A DNA stretch of 64,000 bases from positions 52,638,001-52,702,000 of the forward strand of contig JAGIQG010000013.1 of the NCBI GenBank assembly GCA_024679065.1. The letters are read 5' to 3'. The stretch comes from Sphyrna mokarran (Eukaryota). A program made the translations under genes and the position numbers. Below are positions 37,845 through 50,876 of the stretch, one piece after another. A model generated the notes under the pieces. The model did no database searches, was not told the DNA's origin, and was given only the letters and a program-made list of their open reading frames with translations. Each line of letters starts with the position of its first letter. Positions within the stretch are counted from its first letter, which is position 1.

Positions 37845-39901
37845 CAGGTCAAGTGTTCTTCATCCATAAATCTGAAAACTGAACAAATCCAAAAAGCATT
37901 TTTTTTGAACATCAATAAGAGTAGTTCCTGAATCAAACAAACACAAACCCTGCTGACTGCATCTGACCTTTATTGTGAGGAGTTGTTTGTCTGCACTCTT
38001 TACCTTTCGATTTTTGTGATGAACATTTCAAAAAGACTATCAGGTACTCTTATGCTTAACAAACAGAAAAAGATGACAAATAATTATTCACCAATAGCTA
38101 AATAAGTGTAATTGTTGCATTAACTTGACCATGGTATGTCTGTGAAGCAGTTGAGTGAGGAGTATGGATGGGTATCACCATTATATTCAACTTAAAGAAA
38201 AGAAAACAATATTGTTGAAATTTTATATTGAAAGCAATTCACAAAAGTTAATGAACAATAAGAAAACTTGGCACAGGTCAAAAATGATGAATATGATTGT
38301 GTTATAATGAGGGGATTCATCAGTGCAAAAGTGAAAGGTTTCTGCTGACTGGCCAATTTATCATGCAGCACGCCAAGACCTACCACAAAGAACTGATGTT
38401 TCAAGATGCACATTAATACATCACAGGCTGGTTACAAGAATTCAAAACATCAAGGTGTCAAGGTTTTGAAAGTTTGTGGTGATAAAACTTCTGCAGACCA
38501 TGAAACTGCTGAAAACATTATTATAAGTTTGCTAAACTAATTTCAGGCATAAGCCCTTCACCTGAACAAATTTACAATTCTGACAAAAGAAGTCTATCCT
38601 GATGATACGTCCATCAGAAAATGCTAGCAATGGTGAAGGAGAGAGCACCAATGGGTGTTAAAGATGCTAAGGGTAGGCTAACTGTCCTTGGTTATGCCAA
38701 TGCCAAAATGGTTGGCTCACACAAATATAAATTGGCTATATTCAGGAAAAGCAAATGTCTCAGGTGCTTCAAGGATATTCAGTACAATACACTAAGAGTA
38801 ACCAGGGATATGTTTTCTGATTCACAACCACAATGTACCACAGGTACATGCATCTCCATTGTTGGCTAGCAGGACTTGAAGAAAATTGTAAAACCATGTT
38901 CAACTTGGACAACTGTTAAGCACTTTGGCCAACTGAATTTTTGGTGAACTTTTTTTTGCTGTTTACTTTCCCCTCAACATCATTAATTCAGTTAAATGAC
39001 CAAGATATTCTTCAGTCCAAGAAATGTAAATATTAAGACTTTTGATTGAATAGAATGTTTGGTTCTGCAAATAGAGGCCTGTGGTGGAAAGTTTCCAAAA
39101 GGAGTTTATAGCTAAGGACACCATCTACGCATCCATTCATGCCTGGTCGTTTGCTGGTAAATAGATCTTCACCATTGGCTGGTAGAATCTATGGACCACA
39201 AGAATGTCAATATCATAGTTTTCAATGAAACAAGACTTAAGGGTTTCATGTGAACAAGGGAAAAAGTTGATAAACCAGTCCCTTGAATGTACAAAAGGGA
39301 TAACAATGGAATGTGTGAGTACTCTGGAGGCCAAAGGATATCAAGGAAGTGTTTAACATTAACATTGACTCCTGTTGTAAATTATTTGACTGGTGGAGAA
39401 GTGGCAGAAATGTATTACATCAAAGCCAACTTGATACAAAACAGTGATTACAACAATGACACAGTGAATACAGTCAAGAAAATGCCTATAGAAAATATTA
39501 AGTTGTGTGAGGAGTTGATGGATGCTCTTGAACAATGTATATTTATCAAGTGAGCAAGAAATAATGTCAATCTATAAAACGGCAAACTTATGAAGAAAAA
39601 AAACCATTGTTGATGTGGTGGATGATCCTGGAAGAACCATTCAACACTGCCAAGAGTACAGTGACATTTTGGACCCTTTCCTATAAGCAGAATCACAGAT
39701 GCAATATAGGTGGAAACTTATTACAGGTATCCTGTATTCATTATTCAGTGACACAGCTTTCTTTTTTAAGCATTTTATTTAATTTTGATTGTAGCTAGTC
39801 TAGGCTTAGGCTATGTAATGTTCCATATGTGCTATCCAAAAACTAAAATTATCTGAAAAAGTAGTCAGCCCCAAAAATTTCAGGTAAAGGACACTTACCT
39901 G
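37845..39901 (+). mobile_element. Tigger/pogo-family DNA transposon, full length, transposase pseudogene (Jerky/CENP-B-like HTH plus DDE)
   Basis: TIRs CAGGTCAAGTGTTCTTCATCC / CAGGTAAAGGACACTTACCTG. Broken reading frames give LDHGMSVKQLSEEYG, GWLQEFK, SPEQIYNSD and KGRLTVLGYANA..GSHKYKL (ORF 38621-38869). Confidence 0.9.
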
Positions 39902-40364
39902 AAATTTTGACTTTTTCTAGTCAAAATTACATATTCTGCTTGACTAAAATAGTTAAATATCATCTACACAAAGCTACATATGTCAGACCATGAGGTTTTG
40001 AAAGTTCTGCATTGTATTGACCTAGACATTCTAGTTTCATTGTAAAATGTTTGAGGTCTTGGTCATTTTGATGGGAATATAATATTTAAGTATTTCAACT
40101 TTATGTCTGCTTTTATCATCTGCAGAGTTAATCCAAAGGGGCAGTAACCTGCTCAGCCCAACAGCTGGTACTGAAACCAACAAGATATATTTATAAAAAT
40201 GAGACAGAGACAATAGCCATAATAATATTATAATGAATGGAACACACTAACACTGGAAAATAAAGAGTCAATGGGCACACCCTCAGTTTTCTGTTTGCTG
40301 TACTATAACCTCAAAGGGTTCTGCTTTCATCAAGCTATTTCTCTTCTTCTCGCCTCAACATTTT

Positions 40365-40519
40365 TGGGATATGACTACAGCACTACCTTCTGCATTCTCA
40401 CTTTTTCTCCCCCCCCCCACCATGTACTCTATGAATGGGATACTTTGTCTGTATAGCGCACAAATAACAATAGTTTTCACTGTATATCAATACATGTGAC
40501 AATAATAAATCAAATCAAA
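40365..40519 (+). mobile_element. Rex1/Babar 3' UTR fragment
   Basis: Aligns by eye with 26410-26551 (ATGACT..TTCTGCA..TTTTCACTGTAT..AATACATGTGACAATAATAAATCAAATCAAA). Confidence 0.8.
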
Positions 40520-40624
40520 GGTTTAAAATCATACTTTGTAGCCCTGCCATCAATGACAAAACTATCGTTATGGAATTTGCACTGTACTGTTGAGATTTCT
40601 TTAGCTCTTGGATATGTTAAGTGA

Positions 40625-41335
40625 ATGGACCACAAAGTGGCAGATGGAACATAAGATGGGTGAGCATGTGCAAGGTTATTCACTTCACTAGGAAGGATAG
40701 AACAACAATTGATTTTTTTTAAAGGCGTGAAACAATTAAATGTTGATGCTCAGAGAGATTTTGGTGTACTTCTACAGGGAAACATAGAGTATTAGTATGC
40801 AGGTACAGCAAGCAATTATGGAGGCAAATGCATGGTTGATTTTATCACATTTTTGTAGGGATCTGGGGAGACTGCCAGGAGTACTGAAAAAGTTTTAGTC
40901 TCTATATTTAAAGGAAGGATATGTATGCCTTGGCAGCGATGCAGCAAAGGTTCACTGCATTTATTTCTGGGATGAGAGAATCATCCTGTAATGAGACATT
41001 GAGTTAAATCAGGCCCATACTTTCTACAGTTCAGAAGAATGAGAGATGATCTTACTGATACACACAGGATAGTGAAGGTGCTTGACAGAGGTGGGAAGAG
41101 AAATTTTCCCATCCCACCCACCACAGGAATTGTAGAGCGTGCGTGCGTATGTGGAAGGGTGAGGAGGACTGGAAAACGTGGAACATGAGGATACAATCTC
41201 AGGATAAGTTGATCACTTAAAAATATCCTCAATCAGAGGGTTTTGAAGTTTTGGAACTCTGTCAACAGGGCTGTGGATCCTCCAAATATTCAAGGCTGAC
41301 TTGGATAAATCTTGAATTTTCAGGGAATCAAAGAC
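40625..41335 (+). mobile_element. CR1 ORF2 C-terminal fragment
   Basis: KWQME..CKVIHF..QRDFGV and RRMRDDL motifs. A short MITE fragment is inserted at ~41100-41170. Confidence 0.8.
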
Positions 41336-41339
41336 AGAA

Positions 41340-42255
41340 TGAGGACCCAGCAACAGCAGCAGCAACACTTGGAAAAGTGAGTGAAAAGAGGTCCTGAAGC
41401 AGGTCAGTAGCACCCAGAGGAGCTAACCAACCCAGTCCAGTCTCTGGCTCTAGAGTGAGCAGTTACATTCTGAGAGAAATCAGTGTGACAGCACAGGGAA
41501 ACAGTTAAGTGGTGGCTGGTAAATATTTTGCTCATTCATCTACAAAACTGGTGCAATTTCTTAGTAATTGCAAAGTTTTATTGGTTGTAAGGTTTACTAG
41601 CAATAGTAAATATTACTGGGATCAGCAGTGCTTATTAATAATAAATTAATGAAAAATAAATTAACACATAATTAAGTTGGCATGGTAGATAATGTGCTGC
41701 AACTGCAGAATCTGGAAGCTCTTGGACGTTGGTGTGATCCAGACAACACATCTGCATTACGTGTTTGCAACTTGAAAACCTTTGGTTCAGAGTCATTGAG
41801 CTGAGGATGAAGCTACAAACACTTTAATGCATCAAGCGGGAAAAGTTATTTAGAAACTATATACCAGGGTGCAGTCCTTTAGACAGTTGGATTTGGTCAA
41901 TGACAGCAAGGTATGACTGCAAGCAAGTTCAACATAGGGATATGGAAAGTAGAAGTAGAGGAGGTTCAGCCTTTGCAATTGTCCAAAAGTTTGGGTTCTT
42001 GAAACCTGCATAGAAGAGGGCAATGCCTGCATGAAAACTGACTATGTCATCATGCTACAGGAAGCCACTCAAACAGGGGGAGTTAAAAGGAATGAAGTAC
42101 TTGTAGGGGACAGTATAGTCAGGAGAATAGACACACTTTTCTACAGCTTATTTAGGGAATTCAGATAGCTATGTTGTTTGCTGGTGCCAAGATTCAAGAC
42201 ATCTGCTTGCTGGTGAAGAACTTTCACTGAGAGGGGAAGGATCCAGTGTCAAGGT
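41340..42255 (+). mobile_element. CR1 5' UTR and ORF1 remnant (zinc finger/leucine zipper and SGNH esterase)
   Basis: MCCNCRIWKL..CITCLQLENLWFRVIELRMKLQTL (41692-41825) and VLVGDSIVRRIDTLF..GAKIQDI (42095-42205), both hallmarks of CR1 ORF1. Confidence 0.8.
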
Positions 42256-42289
42256 CAAAGCATTATGTGACTTATTCCTGAATTTATAC

Positions 42290-42405
42290 AGTCATGTAGG
42301 GAAAGTGGAGTTAAGGCAAGAATCAGCCATGACAATATTGACTGTAGGACAGGCTTGAAGTAATATGCTCTGCTCCTGCCCCTGTTTCTTATGATCTTAT
42401 GATTA
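42290..42405 (+). mobile_element. CR1 3' UTR tail
   Basis: GGAAAGTGGAGTTAAGG..ATCAGCCATGA..CTCCTGCCCCTGTTTCTTATGATCTTATGA. Confidence 0.75.
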
Positions 42406-42549
42406 CAACCAATGTTAAACTCTGCAATGTTTACATAGTAAAAGCATTAGGCTCAATGTTCAAAGGCATTTCCTAACTGTGCCAATTCACAATCAAGTTT
42501 CTTTTAGTTGGATGTGTAAAAATATAGTTTAACATCACTGAAAGGGTGA

Positions 42550-42602
42550 GACTGCTGCTCAGAGTGCCAGGAACCTGGTTCAATTCCAGCCTCTGATCAC
42601 TG

Positions 42603-42671
<69 letters not shown>

Positions 42672-42908
42672 AGTTTGCACATTCTCCCTGTGTCTGCATG
42701 GGTTTCCTTCGGTGCTCCGGTTTCCTCCCACAGTCCAAAGATGTGCAGGTTTAGGTTGACTGACCATGCTAAGTTAACCCGAGTATCAGGAGGATCAGCA
42801 GGATAAATATGAAGGGTTATGAGAATAGAATGGGATTGTTGTCGCTACACACTCAATGAGCCAAATGGTCTCCTTCGCACTGTAGGGATTTCATGATTGG
42901 ATTCTATG
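42550..42908 (+). mobile_element. HE1-like SINE with internal microsatellite expansion
   Basis: GGTTCAATTCC B-box, GGTGCTCCGGTTTCCTCCCACAGTCC core, CR1-type tail. Confidence 0.9.
42603..42670. repeat. Compound (TA)n(TG)n microsatellite
   Basis: Directly visible; about 8 TA units then about 26 TG units. Confidence 0.97.
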
Positions 42909-44004
42909 AAAAACTTACTCATGCTTAGTATTGATCAACATTAAATTTTCAACCTATGGGCAAAAGCAATGCAATAAGTGGAAAATTGAAATAAAACCAA
43001 CTCCAATACACCTTCATCTGAAAGTAAAAATATTACAAAAGGAATCAGCTTAGTTTGAAAAGATGAAATTGCCTTTATCTTTGCTGCAATTGTACCTAGT
43101 AATTCTATGATTGCCAGAGGACAATACTAAGAAGCCATACCTTGAGGTACAATCTGAACTGAAGTTGATCAGCAATTTAAAAATGAACTATCAATTGCAA
43201 CATGATTAGATATTTGCCTCAGCTACAATGCAATTCTCAATTTCTATCACTGAATGGTGAAGTTCATCATTGCTGTCATACATTAAGGAGATTATTTGGT
43301 TTATTGCCTGAATGGTCCACTGATAATTTCTGTTTATGTTAATATTTGAAATTACAGATATATCAAGCTTTTATATGACTTTCATATTCATTACTGCTGA
43401 GGACAACATTTATTTCATTAAACTCAAGTTGGTGTTTCAGAATTACTTCCAGCTTCCTATTAAGTTTAAAGAAAAGCCTAGTAGTCCTTCCCCACATAGT
43501 GACACAATGTGAGCCAGCAACTTAATAAATTACTTGGAGCTGAACACTTACTCTTTCAAGGATTCTGATGTCCGCTATAAAGCAACATAAATTAAAATGT
43601 AGCCACACGAAGTTACTACTTCATACTGTCCAAACTATTGACTTCAGTCTGCTACTGACATTTTCACAGGCTGCCAGTACAATTTAGAGATGAAAGCATT
43701 TGCTGCTAAACAAATCACTAATGGAACACATGGGAGGTGTTCTTTTAAAAGAAAGCTTAGCCCACTGACAGTTTTGATGGAACATTTTTTGCTACTTATA
43801 TTTAGCAGTTCTTTTGAAAGTGTGAAATTGCTGTTGCTCTGGGATAAAAAAAACTGCCACAGGAGCCCCAATAAAGTGCATGCATTTACATTTTTTATGC
43901 AGCTTTTATTAATACAACCAGTGTAAGCTGTTTGCCAGAAGTTTGCTCAACACAACAACTTTTTCTTCTCTTTTTTCTCATCTGTAGTATAAAGGATCAA
44001 TTCA

Positions 44005-44527
44005 AACTGAGATATGCAAATAAGACTTGCTATGGAGGGAATGCAGCTAAGGTTTACTAGACTGCTTCTTGGGATGGTGGGACTAATGTATGAGGAGAGT
44101 TTGAGTTGGTTGGTGTTATATTTGCTGTAATTTAGAACAAGGAGGTGGGGGGAATTTCATAGATACCAATAAACTTCCAACAGCACTGGACAGGGCAATT
44201 GCAGGATGTTCCCGATGTCACGGGAGTTCAGAAACATGGTCACAGTCTGAGGATATGAGGTGAACCATTCAGGACAGAGATGAGGAGAAATTTCTTTGCC
44301 CAGAGAGTAGTGGGCCAGAGGAATTCTCTCCCACAGAACGCAGTTGAGGCCAAAACATTGTATATTTTCAAGGAGTTAGATATATTTTTGGGGGCTAAAG
44401 TGATCAAAGGGTATGGGGTGAAAACAGGAACAGGTTACTGAGTTGGATGATCCATCATGATCATAACGAATGGTGTATCAGGCGTGAAGGGTCAAATGAC
44501 CCATTCTTGCTCCTATTTTCTATGTTT
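44005..44527 (+). mobile_element. CR1 3' fragment
   Basis: AMEGMQLRFTRLLLGMVGLMYEESL..EMRRNFFAQRVV, and tail GAAGGGTCAAATGACCCATTCTTGCTCCTATT. Confidence 0.9.
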
Positions 44528-44549
44528 TAGATAAGATTGCCTACATCAT

Positions 44550-47500
44550 TGGAAGTGATGCAATGTCTCACGATCTTGCTCTCTCTTGTACAAGCTCATG
44601 ATAAGTGTTACTTCAGTCAATGGTTTCCTTATGCAGCAGACTCCATAAATATTCTGTGAGAACAATGATGCCAAGAATATGATATGCTGGCAGCAACTGA
44701 AAGCACAAGCATAGAAAAGTCTCTGCCATAACCAGAAAGTTTCAAGTAGGTCACAAGTGTCAATTACGTGGCTGAATTGGTGATTGGGATTTGTCAAGTA
44801 TTGCATCATATCAAGTCTTACATTGAGCAGGTCAGTATGCTGCTAAGTACAGTGGATGGCTGTAAATGATATTTTTGTCAGGCAAGGGATCGATAAAGGA
44901 AAAGCTACATACAATGAAGTAATAAAAATATTTGAAGCCTACTTCAATCTATGAGAGAATACCATTACCTAGTGGGCTAAATTTGACACGCATTTCAAAG
45001 ACAAGCAAAAAGCATTGATATATTTATCAGCAGTCGGTGCAGACTTTCAAAAGAAAATGAATATGACAAACTAAAAGATGAACAGATCAGGGACAGAATT
45101 GTTGTCAGTCTTGGATGAAGTACTGTCTGGCCACTTGCAGTCAGTGGATAATTTAACCTTAACAAAGACAATTCAGCTGAACAAGCAAGCTGAGGCCAAG
45201 ATGTAAAAATCGATTGATGACTGGGGTGACAGGGAGAACCACATATCAGAAACAAATGACTTAACGTACTATAATAAATGTAACAGAGAGGTGGCCATAT
45301 TAAAGCAGGGAGGCAGGAAGATTGACCGTCAACCACCCCAGCTAACAGTAATTAGTGGGATGGGAAAAAATAAAGACATGAAAATTGTACTGCCAACAAG
45401 GCCACTTGCCATTTTTACAGAAAGAAGGGTCGCTTTCAGCCTGTGTCTCACAGCATGGAGTTTGTACGGGATAAGTGAAAAGAGAAGCCTTTGAAATGTG
45501 GCAAGACGCATAAAATAGAAGATAGCAATTATATTGTGATGCCTTTCCTTTGGATAAGGCCAAGAACCAGGTGGAAAATAGTGGACTGCTGATATCCCAA
45601 TATTGGGAAATAAGACACGTTACAAGTTAGATGCAGATAAAACAGTTTTCACTCTGACAAGTGCTGAACTGTGAGCAAGTTTCTCTCATGCCACCATGTG
45701 AAAAAATACATATGTTAAAAGATATAGAACTCAAAGGCTTGGGACAATTAAGTGCAAACCTTCAATATATGAGTCAAAAATTATTGCAACCTTAATATGG
45801 AATCTTGAAACAGCGTTGTTTATTCTTAAGCAGGAAAGCCTATGTTCACTTGTATCTCAGCTGCAGAACAGAAGAATTGGAAAGTTGGTAAGATCAGCCT
45901 AAAAACTTCAGAGAGGAATTTCCATCCACAGCTGTTCACAGGAGAAGGAAAACAGAAAGCAGCATATCCTATAACTCTCATCTAAACAAACCCAGTGTCT
46001 TTTTACACTCATAACTGTTTTTTCCAAAGATAAAGGAGGTTAAGTGACTATGTTGTAGCAAGGTTTTATTTCACACAACAAGCTAGTGCTGGAAAATGTT
46101 CTGAGTACCAAAGCCCAATGGATCTATCAGAATTTGCATAGATCTTACACAGCTCAATAAAGTAGTTGAAAGCAAAGTTCATCCTATGTCAGCTGCAAAC
46201 ATAGGCTTAATAAAATTGGAAAATAATTAAATTTTCACAAAGTTAGATGCAAACAGTGCTTTTTGGGCAACTACTCCTCGATGAAAAGTTTAAGTTACTC
46301 ACAATATTTGTTACAATGTTTAAGATTTTTTTTTCAACAAATTTTCCCACAGCATCACATCAGTGCCACAAATTTTCCAGAGGCTAAATTTAAGTATTGT
46401 AGAAAGAGTGGAGGAAGATGTATGTCATTTGGATTATGTCTTGATCAATGGAGCTGCTCTGACAGAATATTACATTAGAACATGAGCTGTGCTGCAACAC
46501 CTACCGAAACACACTCAACAACAAATGCAAATTCTCACAACTGATCATCAAGTTGCTCACACTTGGATGTATCAAGAGTCAGAGTTGATTGACAGGAGAC
46601 AAGAGCAATCAAGGAATTTTGAGCTCCTCGCAATGTGGCTGAGGTCTGAAATTGACAGGTATGGTTAACAAAGATGGAAATTTTTGCCAATCTAAATGTC
46701 ATCAACAAGCCACTACATTAGCTGTTACGAGTTCATACATAATGTTGGGAGGAAGCAGAACAGAAGTCTTTCAAGGAAATCAAAGACATGCTGATAGCAC
46801 CTAATGTTTTAGTTCATTATGACCGAGAACTACTCACAGGATGTATCTTCTACAGGATGCACAGAGAGGCATGGTGGCATAGTAATTAACTCGGCTACCT
46901 CATAGAGCCAGGGACCTGGGTCCAATTCCAGCTTTAGGTAGCTGTCTACATGGAGCTTGCACATTCTCTCAGCATTTGCTTGGGTTTCCTCTCACAGTCC
47001 AAAGATGTGCTTGTTAGGTAGATTGGCCATGTTAAATTGCCTTTTAGTGTCTCAAACTGTGTAAGTTAAATGGATTAGCCATGTTAAATATGCGGAGTTA
47101 TAGGATAGGGCCTGGGTGAAAAAATCTGTTAGAAAGTGAATGCAGATTCAATGGCTCAAATGGCCTTTTCTGCGCTGTAAGGATTCTACGAGAATTGAAA
47201 GCTGGTCAAAAAGCATAAGTTTACTACGCATCACATTCACTTACAGAGACTGAACAGAAAAATGCAGTGATCTACATGGGTTTGTGGAAAGTTTGCAGGT
47301 TATATTCTTCAAGATAGAGACAGACCACAAACCCCTAGTGACAAAATGCCACCATGAGTATAATAATTCAAACTGAGGATAATGAGGTTTGATGCAAAGA
47401 CAAAGTATTTTCAGGAAGGCAGCTCAGTAGATGCTTTTCCCCATATCTCATTGACAAGGCCTGAATAAGATAATGTACTTCTTATTGAAGGGAAAGAGAA

Positions 47501-48960
47501 CTTTGCGTCAACAGCAGTTAAGAATTCTAGCAGCAACAGCTCAGCAAATGAATAAAATCAGTGATGCACAGAAATCTGTTGAAATATGTGATCAGGTCAG
47601 AGATAACCGTGTCCAAGGATGGCCAGCAACATGCCACTCTGTCAGAGAGTACTGCAAACAGAAAGGACACCTCAGTGCAGTTATTGATTTATTTAATCTA
47701 TGATTGGCTATTCTGAGACTGAATATAGTGCGACAATTGCACCAAGGACAAAATTTCAAACCACAGCAAGATATTCAGTTTAGTGTTTAGGACACTCTAG
47801 GTCACTGTGGAGATGATATCAGACTATATTACTTGTGCTATTCAACATCAGAAGGTTACAGAACTGTTGAGGTCATCCTCCTTCTCACCAAGGCCACAGG
47901 AATATTTTGGTATGAATGGTTTTGAACATACAGGTATCAAGTTTTTGATCATATTAGATTTATCCAGATGGAGAGAAGCCAAACAACTGCAGGATCAGAC
48001 TTCTGAAGCAGTGATTAGATTGCTGAAAGATCACATATGGAACCTTATAACCTCAGACAATGAACCACAGTTCACCAATGAATATTTCGAAGAGTTCATG
48101 ACAATGTAAGGATCTGTCCATAGCATTAGCTCACTCCTAAGATGAAAAAGGATATGTAGAGTGAAAGCATTGCTAAAGATGAACAATAACATCCAATTTG
48201 GACTTCTGAGCTGTTGTTCAATTTGTGAACTCCTAATGGGGAGATGACCAAGAACTCAACTCCCTGCTCCCCTACATGCACTTGTGCTGGGTGTGCAAGC
48301 TGATGACTTGGACAAAGTGAGAGAGAAAGAGGATGAGCATTGCTCCAGCCATAAGTGAAACTGTGACAAAGATTAGAAAGCACACAACCTTTGCCAGAAC
48401 TCCAACCAGCACAGCCAGTTTGGATCCTAGACAAATGGTTGAACAGTCACCACATCCAGGTTCCTTCCTCACGTAAACATATATTCTACAGAATAGACAT
48501 GCTGTGTATAGACACAGAACCACCTTCTACACACTCTAAACAATCATTGACACAACTGGACAGACTAGACATGTTACACTTGTCTCATCAATTGTTATGA
48601 CAATGAGTTTGGTGAACTGAAATCTTTGTCAAATGCCTTTCTACTCAGCACAGCCTGAAAGATCACCACAGCAATCAAATCTCCAATGTTTTCAAAAGCA
48701 GTTTTGGATCGGTTCTGGAATGCTAATGAAACTACCACAATGGCTGTCCCCCCAAAAGAAATCAAAGACTTGGTAGAGCAGCAGGAGATGAGGGGGAAGA
48801 TTGAGCAAAAGGGATTAATGTGTTGTAATGTATAATAATCTTGTTGTCTCCCATATAAACTCATGGTAAGATGTAGCCGATAGTAAGAGACCTTCCGATA
48901 AAGTTAACGTTTTCCTTAACTCAGCAAACACTGCAAGTATGGTGTGCTACCACAACAACA
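44550..48960 (+). mobile_element. Ty3/Gypsy LTR retrotransposon, near full length, heavily decayed (gag-PR-RT-RNaseH-IN)
   Basis: RT motifs PKPNGSIRICIDLTQLNKV (46108-46164) and FTKLDANSAFW (46234-46266), RNase H IETDHKPLV (47314-47340), integrase ITSDNEPQFT (ORF 47807-48109), a polypurine tract near 48785-48800, and diverged direct repeats at ~44570-44665 and ~48835-48960. Confidence 0.9.
46868..47190 (+). mobile_element. HE1-like SINE nested in the Gypsy RNase H region
   Basis: GGCATGGTGGCATAGT head, CTCTCACAGTCCAAAGATGTGC core, CR1-type tail. Confidence 0.9.
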
Positions 48961-48972
48961 ACAAAATATTAT

Positions 48973-49809
48973 GGGGCAATTCTCCCAGCCTGCTGCGCTG
49001 CTCTAGTAGTGCAGCAAGCCAGGAGACATCAGCGGGAACCATTTTGCGGACTTCCCACTGGGTGCCTCGACTTCCACGTATTTCTGGGACCAAATTTTTT
49101 TTTAGCGCAATTAGTTCTGCTGATTGGTGCCTGGCTGATTACCATATTGAAATCAGCATTTCAATATGGTTAGTGGACCCAGGACTGACATCTCCAGGCC
49201 TGCTGGCATCTCTCCCATCCTGCCAGCAGGGTCTACTTCTGCTACCACTAATGAGGGGAGAGATTCCATTAAAATCCCCCTGGGATGTTAGGGGTAAGGG
49301 GGGACTGCCTCTTGGGCAGTGCGAGCTGGCACCTTGGCAATGCCCAAAGGGCATCTTGGCATTACCCAGTCATTGGGCAGTGCCAAGTGACCAGCACCTA
49401 TTTGGGGGGAGGGGTGGTATTTGATGCCACTCTGGGGGGTAGGGGAGGGAGTTAACTACTGCCACTCTGCAATCAGGATCACTGGGAGAAAGATGAAAGA
49501 GAATGATTAGGGCTGGCCCTGGGAATGTCTGGGAGATAAATGATCAGGAGGGGTTGTGGAGCTAGCCAGCATCACAGTGCGATTTCCACACTGACATTTT
49601 GATGCATACACAGCGGCCCACTCAGCACTATACTGCCAACCTCTTGGACGGGAATAGACTGACCCCCCCAGAGTCAGTCACATTTAGGACACTCTGTGGT
49701 GCATAGAGTGTTGGCAATTCATTCCAGAAATAATGTTAAAAAAACAGCAGAATTTACTCCCACTTTCTGACACATTGAGAACTTAGAATTCTTTGGGAGA
49801 TTCCCAGCC
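48973..49809. mobile_element. GC-rich non-autonomous TIR element (Harbinger-like MITE)
   Basis: Ends GGGGCAATTCTCCCA / TGGGAGATTCCCAGCC, with TAT on both flanks (3-bp duplication). Internal similarity to 7266-8184. Confidence 0.72.
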
Positions 49810-50284
49810 TATATTACCCTCCGTTCTGGAAAACATCATCTCAGTGCTGGGGCTGTTGAACAGTTCCATATGCACGTATACGTTTTTTGTGCCTTACCCA
49901 TTTGTACACTTGTTTACTTGTAAGTTCAGGCAATGAATGCTGGGTGGCATTGTGCCTTTAGGCGTATCAAATCCCAGCCCATTCCTGCTATTCGCTAATA
50001 CACAAATTCTTGGACTTACACACTGGTTTGTGGATTGTCATCAGTAATTCTGGTTAATGTTCCACCCTTTAACTGGGACTGCTGAATCTGAATAGTGCCC
50101 CCTACTGTGACAAGATCAGCCAGCTTCCTGTGTACAGAAACATGACATTTTCTTCTTTATGTGTGTGTATGTCCCAGATTACCTGTTAACCTTAATCTCA
50201 AATTAATGACAATAATGTCATCTAAAAGACTGCAAGAAAATTTATTTTATGTAACTGCTAAAAACTGACATGTTCTAAAAGTAG

Positions 50285-50725
50285 TACCAGGATAAAGAGG
50301 ATATACTTATCAGGAAAGGCTGAACAGGTTAGAATTCTTTTTTCTAGAAACGAGAGGGCTGATGGGCATTCAAACAAAAATCTTTAAGATAATAGTTTTT
50401 ATGAGTTTGACATAGGGAAAATATTTCCACTTGTGGGGAAGGCCAAAATTAATCATCGTAAACTAAGATATCAACAATAAATTCAGTTGAAGATATAGAA
50501 AAAAAACCTCATTACATAATTGGTAATAAGAATGTTCCACTGCTGCGTGGAGTGATTGAGGGAAAAGGCATGGATATATTTAAGGAAATGTTAGAAACGT
50601 ACATAGGAGAAAAGGAATAGAAGGATATATTGGCAAAGTTAGATGAAGATGGGTGGGTGAAGACTCCCGTTGGATGAATGGTCTGTTTCTGTTCTGTGGA
50701 TTCGACATAACTCAATGTAATTTGT
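50285..50725 (+). mobile_element. CR1 3' fragment
   Basis: YTYQERLNRLEFFFLETRGL motif and GGATGAATGGTCTGTTTCTGTTCTGT tail. Confidence 0.8.
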
Positions 50726-50825
50726 GGAAGTAACCCAAGTCTTTCTTTACCAAGGCATCCCTATCAGAAACCCCAATGAATTTTCCTTCCACCATCTGAT
50801 CTCTCCCCTCCCAATAGCCCATCAA

Positions 50826-50876
50826 CTACTACTACTACTAATAACTACCTACTAACTACTACTACTACTACCACCA
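50826..50876. repeat. Imperfect (CTA)n microsatellite
   Basis: Directly visible. Confidence 0.9.
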
